This document shows, piece after piece, positions 19,476 through 28,789 of a stretch of DNA of 64,000 bases. The translations under genes were made by a program, and so were the position numbers. Below the pieces are notes generated by a model that ran no database searches, had not been told where the DNA came from, and was given only the letters and a program-made list of their open reading frames with translations. The DNA lies in the NCBI GenBank assembly GCA_963724295.1, contig CAVRUC010000002.1, forward strand, positions 1 through 64,000, read 5' to 3'. The stretch comes from an uncultured Chloroflexia bacterium (lineage in GTDB: Bacteria > Chloroflexota > Chloroflexia > Thermomicrobiales > UBA6265). The stretch's first letter is position 1; every line of letters begins with the position of its first letter.

Positions 19476-20660
19476 TCACGGGAAGTCGGCCACGGTCAGG
19501 TCGAGCGGCAGGGTCGCCGTTTGGGGTGCGGGCGTACCCGTGACGCGGACGTCGCTGGCCGTGCTCTCCGGGGCGACCGATCCTACCAGCGTGTATTGGT
19601 CGATGGCGAAGGGCAGGCTGGTGGCCGTCAAGATGTCCGGTCCGTCGGCCAGCTGGAAGTGCAGGTGGGGTCCAGTCGAGTTGCCGGTGTTGCCCAGCAA
19701 CCCCAGCACCTGACCCTTCGTGACCGTCTCCCCGATCTGGACGCGGATGCTGCCCGGCTGCAGGTGGGCGTAGAAGGCGTAGACCCCCGGTGCAATCTCC
19801 AGCACGACCTCGTTGCCACCGTAGTCCAGCGGCTGGTGCACGGTCGTCGGGGGTTCGTTGGGGGTGTCCTCGGGAAGCCCGTCACGGACGAAAGCGACCG
19901 TGCCATCGGCGACGGCGAGGACTTCGGCACCGAAGGCGAAGTAGTCCTCGTTGCGGGTGCCGTCACCGGTAAACAGGCGGTTGTCCACGAGGCGAATCCA
20001 GTCGATGGCAAACAGCTCAAACTTCACGAGATGCGACCCATTGACGGCGAGGCGGGCCGAGCGATGGGCCGAGGCATCGCAGCAGCCGTTGGCGTTGACC
20101 CAGCCGGCGCCACGCAGGGGCGGGGCGATGACAACCGGCGCGAAGGGATCGACCGCCAGCTCCGGGCCGACGATCTCATGGCTGCCGATGATGGCAAGGT
20201 TGGACGCGTCCGGGGCAAGGTCATAGGTGATGCGATGCGTGAGACGCGCCGGCACCTGCTCGGGCGGGACGACGACATCGAGCAGCACCGCGACCGCACC
20301 CGATTCCGGAACGAGATCGGTCGGCGTGCGCCCGAACAAGGGTTGCGTCATGGTCTCCAGCGCGTCGCCTTCGAGCCGGAGTAAGCGACTGACCGTCCGG
20401 GGTGAGGACCTCGATGGCGATGATGGTCACCGGGGCGGTGAAGACGTTGGTCAGGACCAGGTCGTACTCCAGGTGGACCTTGCCGTCACTGCCGGTGACG
20501 CGCAGCGGATCGTGGATGACCGAGACCAGGAGCGCGGTGGTGCGCGCGGTCACCCGGGGGGCGCCACCGGGGTCGCTTGGCCGGCTGCCTCCCCAAGCGG
20601 CGTAGCGAGACCGATCACGGAACCGAGGACGACGAGGACGAGCAGGCGAAGGAGAGACAC
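19476..20660 (-). CDS. Secreted M23 family metallopeptidase (two apparent frameshifts near 20556 and 20382)
   Basis: GGAGG + GTG 20660 gives signal VSLLRLLVLVVLG..ATPVAPP. A second frame gives GSDGKVHLEYDLVLTN, and a third gives NGCCDASAHRS, ELFAIDW, YAHLQ and GPHLHFQ. Colinear with the M23 domain of 14812-17907. Confidence 0.8.
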
Positions 20661-20907
20661 AGCGCACCTCCAGTGGCAAGGACAGAACCAAGACCGATGC
20701 CTGCACAGTATCGCGCCGTCGCCATGGCGATGCTGGGGCCGGGACAGACGTCGTCGCCACTTCGGGTCATCCCGCTCCAACCCGCTGGCGGCTTCGTCCG
20801 TCGGCCCATTTTTTCAACACGTACCCATGGGTTTCACAGACCCCTGCCGACGCATGAAAACCGCCGACGTGCGGTCGTAGGCTTACCGTTGAGCCGCCCG
20901 AGTGTCG

Positions 20908-21026
20908 GATGATCGCCAGGCAATCGAGCGCAACTTGGTCCGCCGCCTGCAATGACTCGGGAATAGGGTCGTGCTCCACCCAGTGGGCGTCACCTAATGG
21001 CGTCCATTACTCTGTTTTTCAGAGCA
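20908..21026 (+). mobile_element. 3' remnant of an IS110-family transposase gene and element end
   Basis: DDRQAIERNLVRRLQ*LGNRVVLHPVGVT* resembles the C-terminal helix of one IS110 transposase subgroup (DRQAVERRLVRRLERLGYRVTL, from recall). It carries an internal stop and is followed by TTTTCAGAGCA. Confidence 0.55.
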
Positions 21027-21414
21027 CCCTGACGTACAACACCCCCAAGCCTGCTTCTGCTGCTCGCCGCGCGATGCGCCGCAGACGACATGCTCCATTG
21101 CTTTCTGTTGTTCAGGGACGTGCACCCCGAGTGATCCCAATGAACCCTTCGGCCCCGGGCATTGCGTCGGGATCAAGTCCGGGGACGGCTGTTCCTTCGA
21201 CGCGCAGTGCGCCAGCGGCAACTGCCGGGACTTCGGGCCTCAGGCCGGTCGCTGCGAGTAGGTCGCGCCGGGTGCCCCGAGCGAGCAGATCCCATTCTCC
21301 GGGTGCTCGATCGCCTCGTGGATCAGTGCCGGCGCGAGCTCCGAGCCGCGCCGGCACGATCGGATGCGGCGTCGTGGCGGCAGCCAGTCGCGTGCCTCTC
21401 GATCGACGACGCGA

Positions 21415-21733
21415 TCAGTGGGTCTCGTCGTCGTAGGTCGTGATCGCCCAGCGGCCGAAGTAGCGTATGGAGTGGCCGCCGTGCTCGTGCAGGACGTCGT
21501 GCGCCCGCTCCTGCTCGTCGGTCGCGTCGACTTGCACCAAGCCTAACGCATGTCCATGGATGAGCTCTCACCGCGCCTGGTCGATTTCGTAGGGGTCGTC
21601 CCCCAGGCTCAGATTGAACCGGGCAGGAAGCTGCGAATTGCAGTCCTACCAACAGGTTCGTCCAGTCGGGGGAAAGCGTCCGCACGTAGGTGGTCCCGCT
21701 GTCGTCAATAGTTGGTTGATTCGGTTGGTGCAT
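21415..21733 (-). pseudogene. Decayed hypothetical protein gene
   Basis: N-terminal MHQPNQPTIDD..WTNLLVG and C-terminal YEIDQAR*ELIHGHALGLVQVDATDEQERAHDVLHEHGGHSIRYFGRWAIT, with an internal stop and probable internal deletion. Confidence 0.45.
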
Positions 21734-22075
21734 ATGGGTTCCCGGTCTCGTACGTAACATGTGCAATCCGGACGAGTAAGTGCTATCGAGCGTCCTCGGG
21801 AACCGTGGTTCCGATAACGCGGGAATGTCTGCAGTATGTGGAACCGGGTCCGGACGCTGTTACGTGGAAAGACAGCGACGCTGGTTACGAGTTTGCACGT
21901 GAAGAAACCGGTATCAAAACTCTACCGGGCCTGGTTCGATTGCGGGCTCCAGGTCGCGGATAGTCCACTCAGTCGCCGGCAAACTCCCAAGCGCTCACTG
22001 ATCTTGGACCGACCCCCCATGTTTGAAACTGGTTCTGGGAAGAGCAAGCTCGTCCGCGAATGCTGGCAGCGCCCC

Positions 22076-22105
22076 TGTCGATTGTGGCCCGCGCGGAACG
22101 ACTAC
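22076..22105 (+). promoter_or_regulatory. ECF42-type promoter (TGTCGA-N17-CGAC) upstream of DoxX copy 2
   Basis: TGTCGATTGTGGCCCGCGCGGAACGACTAC. It is conserved although the surrounding leader has diverged from copy 1. Confidence 0.65.
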
Positions 22106-22161
22106 TTGGTAGAACCGCGAGGAGCGGCGAGCGAGTAGCACGACAGGGACAGGAGGCAGGG

Positions 22162-22562
22162 ATGAACCGGAATCGCGCATTGTGGATCGTGCAGGGACTG
22201 CTGGCGGCCCTGTTTCTCTTCGCCGGCGGCATGAAGCTCATCACCCCCGTCGAGGTGCTCTCGGCGATGTCACCCTTCCCGGGCGAGTTCATCCGCTTCA
22301 TCGGCGTCTGCGAAGTGCTCGGTGCAGTGGGGCTGATCCTGCCGTACGCGCTGCGTATCCTGCCGGGGCTCACCGCGCTGGCGGCGGCCGGTCTGGTGGT
22401 GATCATGGTCGGGGCGACGGTCTCCACGCTGGCCATCGGTGGCGGACTGCTGGCCCTGCCGACCCTGCTGCTGGACTCCTCGCCGCCCTCGTGGCCTATG
22501 GCCGCCGGTCACCGTTGTCTCAGGGTGGCGCGGCGCGCCCCGAGCTCCAGCCGGCCCACTGA
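22162..22562 (+). CDS. DoxX family membrane protein (copy 2, 1-bp deletion near 22472)
   Basis: Identical to 14150-14433 over the first ~285 nt. CTGGACTC versus CTGGGACTC shifts the frame, and the homologous TGA lies at 22560-22562. Confidence 0.85.
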
Positions 22563-22669
22563 TCCCCCGCGCTCCCCACGACGAGACCCGCCACCGAGCA
22601 GGACGCTCGGTGGCGGGTCTTCCTGTGCCGTGTCTGCCTCTCCAGCAGCCTCGCCGGGATGGACCGCTC

Positions 22670-23761
22670 CTAGCATTCTGCCCGGCTTTTGGCGCAAATG
22701 TGCTTCCTCTCGCAGTACACGGGATCGGTCGGGGGACAGCAAATACTTCTGTCAAAGCTGGCGCAGACGGTGCCAATGTTGCAGCACGCCGCGTTGCAGT
22801 ACGCGGCCCCAGCCGGGCAGCAGAGTCCGCGCCGGCTATTGGCGCAGTACTTACCATTGGGGCAGCAGGTATCACCACAGCATCGTTCATTGGGGCAACA
22901 CTGGGTTGCGTCCTGACCGCAGCAGGTCTCGTCGACGCCGCAAAGGTTGTGGCCACAACACGTGATGCCTGGGCCTTGGCACTCTCCACCGCAGCACTTG
23001 CCATCGACGCAGGTGAACCCGCCGTTTCCGGCGCAGCCGCCACAGTTCTTGGGGTCGGTCGCAACGTCGACGCACTCCCCATCACACTTCGTCTTGCCTA
23101 TCGGGCATTTCTTCTTGGTGCATCGGCAGGTGGTGCCGTCAAGCGGCCGCCGCCTCCCGCAGGCGGGAACGCACTCCCCGCGGCACTTGACCCGGCCGGC
23201 CGGGCACGATTCGCATGCGGCCTCCGCCGTCACCTCCCGCTGGCGCGACTTGCGCCGGCCGTCCTGCTGCGCGGCGACGCCGGCAGGGCAGGCGTCTACG
23301 CACTCCCCGTCGCTGCAGTCCTGTCCTTCACTGCAGCAGTTCTTGGCGCCGCACTTGGTCGTGTCGGGCGGGCAGAAGACGCAACGGTGGGTGCCAGGAG
23401 TGCTTTCGTCACAGACGGAACCGGGAGTGCAGCAGTTGGCGGGGCCGCACATGGTGTTTGGGGACGCACAGCAAAGGCAAGCCATGTTGCCCTCTGTGCC
23501 GTCCGTGTCCGCCACGCACTGGCAGCTATTCGGGCAGCACCCCGAGCTCACAACATCATGGGGGCGGCAACAGGTATAGCCTGCTCCGCAAGCGGCCGGC
23601 TCAGGGGTGCCGTTGCAGCCCATGCTCTGTGCTTGAACGCGCCCCACCCGCCCAGCCAGCACCACACCGGCCAGGGCGCCGGCGGTCTGCCGCAGCAGTC
23701 GCCGCCGTGACAGGGACTGGGTCAGGCGTCGGGTCAGGTGATCGAACCGTTCTCCGTCCAT
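22670..23761 (-). CDS. Cysteine-rich Tat-exported protein (STIG1-like motif)
   Basis: GGAG + MDGERFDHLTRRLTQSLSRRRLLRQ..VQAQ. About 60 Cys in 363 aa with many CC pairs, and CVDVATDPKNCGGC. Confidence 0.85.
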   Translation of the reverse strand: MDGERFDHLTRRLTQSLSRRRLLRQTAGALAGVVLAGRVGRVQAQSMGCNGTPEPAACGAGYTCCRPHDVVSSGCCPNSCQCVADTDGTEGNMACLCCASPNTMCGPANCCTPGSVCDESTPGTHRCVFCPPDTTKCGAKNCCSEGQDCSDGECVDACPAGVAAQQDGRRKSRQREVTAEAACESCPAGRVKCRGECVPACGRRRPLDGTTCRCTKKKCPIGKTKCDGECVDVATDPKNCGGCAGNGGFTCVDGKCCGGECQGPGITCCGHNLCGVDETCCGQDATQCCPNERCCGDTCCPNGKYCANSRRGLCCPAGAAYCNAACCNIGTVCASFDRSICCPPTDPVYCERKHICAKSRAEC

Positions 23762-24508
23762 GGCCGGTCTCCGTGTCGTGGCGAGGGACGCCAGCAGCGC
23801 GCGTTTCTGGTTGGCCGCGTCACCCAGCCAACACTGGTGCCGAGCGGGATGATTGCGCCGTCGCCAAAGCCGCTCGGACGGCGCAAACATCGATCGTCAC
23901 GATCGAGCCTAGACCTCCCGCGCGCGGCGTGCATGGGGAGGATTCCCCGTTTTTGTGCTCGGTTTGGTACGCTCCCCACCGGGAACACCGGACACTGGGG
24001 ACGGAAACCGGACAGCGGCGAAGAAACGGCGGAAATGCGTCAGGCAATTCCGTGGTGGGGAGCGACCGCGGCTGCCACGGTTGGAGAGGTCGGGCAGGAT
24101 GTCGGTGCACAACCTGTCATAGTCGGACAGCCCCTGCGCGGCACGGTCGACCAGACCGACGCCGGCCGGCGGCTCAGACGCATGCCCCGTTCTCACAGGC
24201 GTAGCCCTCGAAGCAGCCGTCCTGGCCGCCGCCGGAGATAGCGACGTTCTCGGAGCTGGGTATCGACATCCGTACTGGCCGGAGGTCCCAGCCTGTCGAA
24301 GCGAGCAGACCGGCTGGGACGTCTTGGAACCGCGCTCATGACGTATTGGACTTGACAAACAAGCGGCGGGACCCGAAAACGGCTGCCAGTGACCCATCAG
24401 CGCCCATCCACGGTCCGATTGAGCATCCTGGTCGGGCGGGGCCGGACGAACCGTGGTGTGCCAATGTCACGGTGCATCCGCAACGGGCAGAGGAAGAGGA
24501 ACGAGGCC

Positions 24509-25624
24509 GTGCGCGCGTTGCCTGATTTCACCCTCAAGCGCTTCTTGGTCCAGCCCGGGGCCGCGTCGGCGCGGGCGAACCTCAGCGCCTCCTTTGCCCA
24601 GCCCCGCGGGATACCGGCGCTGCTGGAGCTGGAGCCGGGGGCGACGGAGATCTTCGCCGGGCTTCCGCTCGGCTACACGACGATGTTCGGTGGAGCGCCA
24701 TTGCGGGAGGCGATCGCGGCTGGTTACGAGCACGTCGCGCCGGACGAGGTGGTGGCGACCTCCGGCGGCGACGACAGCCTGCCGTCGCTGTTCATGGCAC
24801 TGCTCCAGCCGGGCGACCACGCGGTCGTCCCCAGCCCTGCTTACCAGCCGCTGGCGGCGCTAGCGGCGTGGTGCGGGGGCACAGTCAGTTTCTGGGCGGC
24901 AGAGGAGGGGGCGGGGTGGGAACCGCCGCTCGCGGCGTTGGGCAGCCTGCTGCGCCCGCAGACGCGGCTGGTCGTTACCAATTTCCCCCACAGCCCGACC
25001 GGGTTCGTGCCGGATCGAGCCTACTTGGACGGATTGATCGCGCTGGCGGATGAGGCGGGGGTGACACTGGTCGGGGACGAGATCTACCGTGGTTTGCCGC
25101 TGGACGAGAACAGGGAGGCCCCGAGTCTGGCCGATCTCTCGGCGCGGGCGGTGGTAGTGAACGGCATTTCGAAGACCTTCGGACTGCCGGGTCTACGGGT
25201 GGGCTGGATTGCGACACGCGATGCGGCCGCCCTAGACGCGGTGCGCCACGTGCGCACCTACTTGAACGGCTTCATTCCCGCCCCATCGGAGTTCCTGGCG
25301 ACGCTCGCGGTGCGCCACGCCGACCGCATCTTCACCGAGAACCTGACCTTGGCGCGGGACAACCTGGGAACACTCCGCGCCTTCCTGGAACGTCACAGGG
25401 ATCGGTTCGCCTGGGTGCCTCCGCGCGGCGGGGTCACCGCCTTCCCGCGCTGGCTCGGGGAGGAGTCGACGACCGCGCTGAGCGAGCGCCTGCTGCGCGA
25501 CCATGGCCTGCTGCTCGTGCCGAGTGCCCACTTCGGCGGAGGGGAACACCACGCTCGCGTCGGCTTCGGCACCGCCGGCGTGGCCACCGGGCTCGCCCTG
25601 CTGGAGGAGGCGTTGGCCGCCTGA
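24509..25624 (+). CDS. PLP-dependent aminotransferase class I/II
   Basis: NFPHSPTG, DEIYRGL and GISKTFGLPGLRVGW (PLP lysine). Confidence 0.9.
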   Translation: MRALPDFTLKRFLVQPGAASARANLSASFAQPRGIPALLELEPGATEIFAGLPLGYTTMFGGAPLREAIAAGYEHVAPDEVVATSGGDDSLPSLFMALLQPGDHAVVPSPAYQPLAALAAWCGGTVSFWAAEEGAGWEPPLAALGSLLRPQTRLVVTNFPHSPTGFVPDRAYLDGLIALADEAGVTLVGDEIYRGLPLDENREAPSLADLSARAVVVNGISKTFGLPGLRVGWIATRDAAALDAVRHVRTYLNGFIPAPSEFLATLAVRHADRIFTENLTLARDNLGTLRAFLERHRDRFAWVPPRGGVTAFPRWLGEESTTALSERLLRDHGLLLVPSAHFGGGEHHARVGFGTAGVATGLALLEEALAA

Positions 25625-25824
25625 GCAAGCGGCATGAGGGTGCCGCGAGGATCTAGGCGGGGAAACCTCCGTGCGCGATGCACCTACAGAATTCCTGCCG
25701 TCTCCTGGGCCAGCGCGCAGTGGGAGAACCCCCATGTTTCGCTTGCTGTGGGCTCGTCAGGAGTGACGACACCGGACTATAGGGGCGAGAAAACCGGATG
25801 GCAGCTGAAGATCAGGGAGGAACA

Positions 25825-28482
25825 TCAGGCGAAACCATGGCGCGCGGCGAACGCGGCCGCCGCGGCGCGGGACTGCACGCCGAGTTTGCCGAGGATGGCG
25901 GAGACGTGTTTGGAGGCGGTGCGGCGCGTCACGAAGAGAGCGCTGGCGATCTCCCGATCCGTTCGTCCCTGTGCCACCAGGCGCAGTACGTCGCGTTCGC
26001 GAACGGTGAGCCCTGAGATGCTCCCGCGTCCATCGTCATCAGCGGCCCTGGCTGCGTCTACCAGGTCGCCTTGATCGATAAGCGCGGCAACGGCTCCCGA
26101 CGGGTCACGCCGGCCCTCCTCCCATGCTGCCGCGAACCCCGCCTCCCCTAACGCCTCGCGCACCGCAGCGATGGTGTCCTCATGGCCGGCGCGGCGCGGC
26201 GCCGGCAGCTCCATGCCCAGTGCCTCGCGCACGCTGGCCTCCGTCCCGTACCAGCGCGCGGCTACGGTAAAGTCGCCTCGCCGTGCCGCGAGCTGGGCCA
26301 TGGACCGCAACGCCGCGGGCAGGATCTGCTCGTACTCGATGTCGCGGATGGCGGTCAGGGCCTCCCGCAGCACAGTTTCCGCACGCGCCACCTTGTCTCG
26401 CGCCAGCAGCGCCTGCCCCAGATAGACCTGGGCCCGCGCCGCCCCGACGCGGTCGTCGAGGTCGCGCCACATGGACAATGCGGTGTCGAGGCGTTCGATC
26501 GCCAGGTCGTGCCGCCCCTCCACTTCCGCCAACTCGCCGAGGTTGGCGGTGATCTGGGCAATACCGACCGCGTCGCCGAGCTTGCTGAAGATCGCCAGCG
26601 CCTCGCCAAAGTGAGCCTCGGCCTGCTCCGCCTCGGATAGCGTGGCGAACAGGCAACCAAGCGAGTTGAGCACCCAGGCGGTGCCGGAGCGGTCGCCAAT
26701 GGCGGCATACGCGGCCAACGCATCTTCCAGCCGTTGCCGCGACCGGTCATAATCCGCGTTCTGCCAGGCGAGGACGCCGGCCCCCCGCAGCGCTCGCGCT
26801 CGCACGACCGGGGCGATGTCGGGCGGCACCGCGGCGAGGGCTCGTTCCAGCCGGGCCCGGCCCTCGGCCAGATCGCCATGACGGTACCAGTAGTGCCAGA
26901 GGGAGCTCGTCATACGCAGGGTCGCCTTGGCCTGGCCTGTCTGCTCCAGCCAGTCCAACGCCGCCCGCAGGTTGGACCCATCAGCCGCCAGACGGTGCAA
27001 CCACTCACCGCCCCCAGCGCCGCCCGCTGAGCTCGCCGCCGCCTCGGCCAGCTCCAGGTAATGCGCGGCGTGGGCGGCCTGAACGTTTGCCAGCTCCCCC
27101 AGCTGCGCCAGTTGCTCGAAACCGAACTCGCGCACCGTCTCCAGCATGGCGTAGCGCGGTTCAGCCGCGGCTTCGTCTGTCCGGTGCAGCAGGCTCTTGT
27201 CGATGAGGCCAGCGAGCAGATGAAAGAACCGGGATCCGTCATCCACCCCGATTGACTCGGCGTCTGCAGCCCAGACTCGCCTGGCGCCATCCAGCGTGAA
27301 ATCGCCGACGAAGACCGCGAGCCGCCGAAACAGCCGCCGTTCATCCTCCGAGAGGAGGTCGTGGCTCCAGGCAATGGCTTCGCGCATCGTCCGCAATCGG
27401 GCAGGCTGGTCGGTGGAGCCGCCGGTCAGCAGTCCGAGCCGTCGTTCCATTCTGGCCAGCAGGAAGGCCGGAGAGAGAACGCGCAGCCAAGCTGCCGCCA
27501 ACTCGAGGGCCAGCGGCAAGCCATCGAGCCGGCGGCAGATCTCGAGCACCTCAGCCGCATTGCCGGCGGCGAGGGTGAAGCCTGGATACGCCTGCTGTGC
27601 CCGCTCGACAAACAGCGCAATCGCTTCGTAGTCCTGCAGTCCATCCAGCCCAGGCGCTTCTCCCGCGTCCGGGAGCGGCAACGGGGGAATCGGGAAGCGC
27701 TGCTCGCCGCTCAGCCGTAAGGGGGTCCGGCTCGTCACCAGGATCGTCAATTTGGGGCACTCGGCCAGCAGATCGGCAAGATCGTTCGCGGCACCCAACA
27801 GGTGTTCGAGGTTGTCTAGCACCAGCAGCAGGCGGCGGTCTCGTAATGCTGCGATAAGGCCCGCCGCCAGGGGACGGTCCGACGACTCACGCACCTCCAG
27901 CGTGTGGGCAATGGCCGGCAGGACGAGGTCTGGCCGGGGCACCGGTGCAAGCGAGACGAAGGCGGCGCCCGCGTCGAAGTGGTCGGCGACCTTCTCCGCA
28001 ACGCGCAAAGCGAGTCGCGTCTTGCCCACTCCACCGGGACCGATCAGCGTCACCAGGCGGACGTCGTCGCGGCACAAGCAGTCAGCGACAGCCACGATCT
28101 CCCGCTCGCGACCGATAAAGCGGGTGAGAGGTACGGGGAGGTTCGTCGGCGATGCCCGATCTCTCCGGGGCAGCGCCATCAGAGGAGGCGGCGTGGGGAA
28201 GGTGGTGGGTTGAGATTCGGCTGACGGCGCCACCCCTCGTCCTCTGAAACGATCGTGACGTGCGCGATACCGATCGAGGGACTCCAGCGTAATGGCGAAA
28301 CTCCGGCCGTGCTTTGTCGCGGCCAGCTCGCCTCTGGCGATCGCCCGGCGGATCGTCCGCTCATTGACGCCAAGGCTCGCGGCGGCGTCTGTGGCCGAAA
28401 AGAAGTCAGGCCGTTCTAGTGTCCCGGCTGCGGGTTGCTCCGAGGGCGCACCGCTGGAATCGACAGTCGTGTTGTCAGGCAT
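25825..28482 (-). CDS. Excisionase-like HTH - STAND ATPase - TPR - LuxR HTH transcriptional regulator
   Basis: AAASLGVNERTIRRAIARGEL (HTH_17), GPGGVGKT, LLVLDNLE, GLPLALELAA, TPRs, and LTVRERDVLRLVAQGRTDREIA..HVSAILGKLG. Confidence 0.95.
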   Translation of the reverse strand: MPDNTTVDSSGAPSEQPAAGTLERPDFFSATDAAASLGVNERTIRRAIARGELAATKHGRSFAITLESLDRYRARHDRFRGRGVAPSAESQPTTFPTPPPLMALPRRDRASPTNLPVPLTRFIGREREIVAVADCLCRDDVRLVTLIGPGGVGKTRLALRVAEKVADHFDAGAAFVSLAPVPRPDLVLPAIAHTLEVRESSDRPLAAGLIAALRDRRLLLVLDNLEHLLGAANDLADLLAECPKLTILVTSRTPLRLSGEQRFPIPPLPLPDAGEAPGLDGLQDYEAIALFVERAQQAYPGFTLAAGNAAEVLEICRRLDGLPLALELAAAWLRVLSPAFLLARMERRLGLLTGGSTDQPARLRTMREAIAWSHDLLSEDERRLFRRLAVFVGDFTLDGARRVWAADAESIGVDDGSRFFHLLAGLIDKSLLHRTDEAAAEPRYAMLETVREFGFEQLAQLGELANVQAAHAAHYLELAEAAASSAGGAGGGEWLHRLAADGSNLRAALDWLEQTGQAKATLRMTSSLWHYWYRHGDLAEGRARLERALAAVPPDIAPVVRARALRGAGVLAWQNADYDRSRQRLEDALAAYAAIGDRSGTAWVLNSLGCLFATLSEAEQAEAHFGEALAIFSKLGDAVGIAQITANLGELAEVEGRHDLAIERLDTALSMWRDLDDRVGAARAQVYLGQALLARDKVARAETVLREALTAIRDIEYEQILPAALRSMAQLAARRGDFTVAARWYGTEASVREALGMELPAPRRAGHEDTIAAVREALGEAGFAAAWEEGRRDPSGAVAALIDQGDLVDAARAADDDGRGSISGLTVRERDVLRLVAQGRTDREIASALFVTRRTASKHVSAILGKLGVQSRAAAAAFAARHGFA

Positions 28483-28789
28483 GGCGTCGTCCGCGTCGTC
28501 GCGTCCGAACTCCTCAGCAAAGTGATCTCGTCAGCAAATCCCGACGAATCATTTTCACACTTTTCGGCTCGTTCGAGCAGCGGCACCAGCAGGGCAAAGG
28601 ATTCGCGCTTGGGTCGAGTGTGATGCTCCTGCGTCCATCGCGACGATGAACCCGTGTCCAAGCGGCTACTTCGGCGACCCTCGCCGCGCCTGCTTCCGCG
28701 CCCCGGGAGCGATCGGCCGGTATCAGAAGCGGTAGTCGATAGTGGGCCAAAGCCAGAAGCACGAGAAACGCGGATATGAATGAATTGAC

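Noticed and set aside
21112..21357. SCP2-like fragment (DLLAATG..AVAAGALRVEG)
   Set aside because: Too short and degenerate to call without a search.
14490..22562. DGR-like template/variable repeat pair at the 3' ends of the two DoxX copies
   Set aside because: Differences in the 35 nt variable segment involve C, G and T as well as A, so they are not adenine-specific. No reverse transcriptase is in the window.
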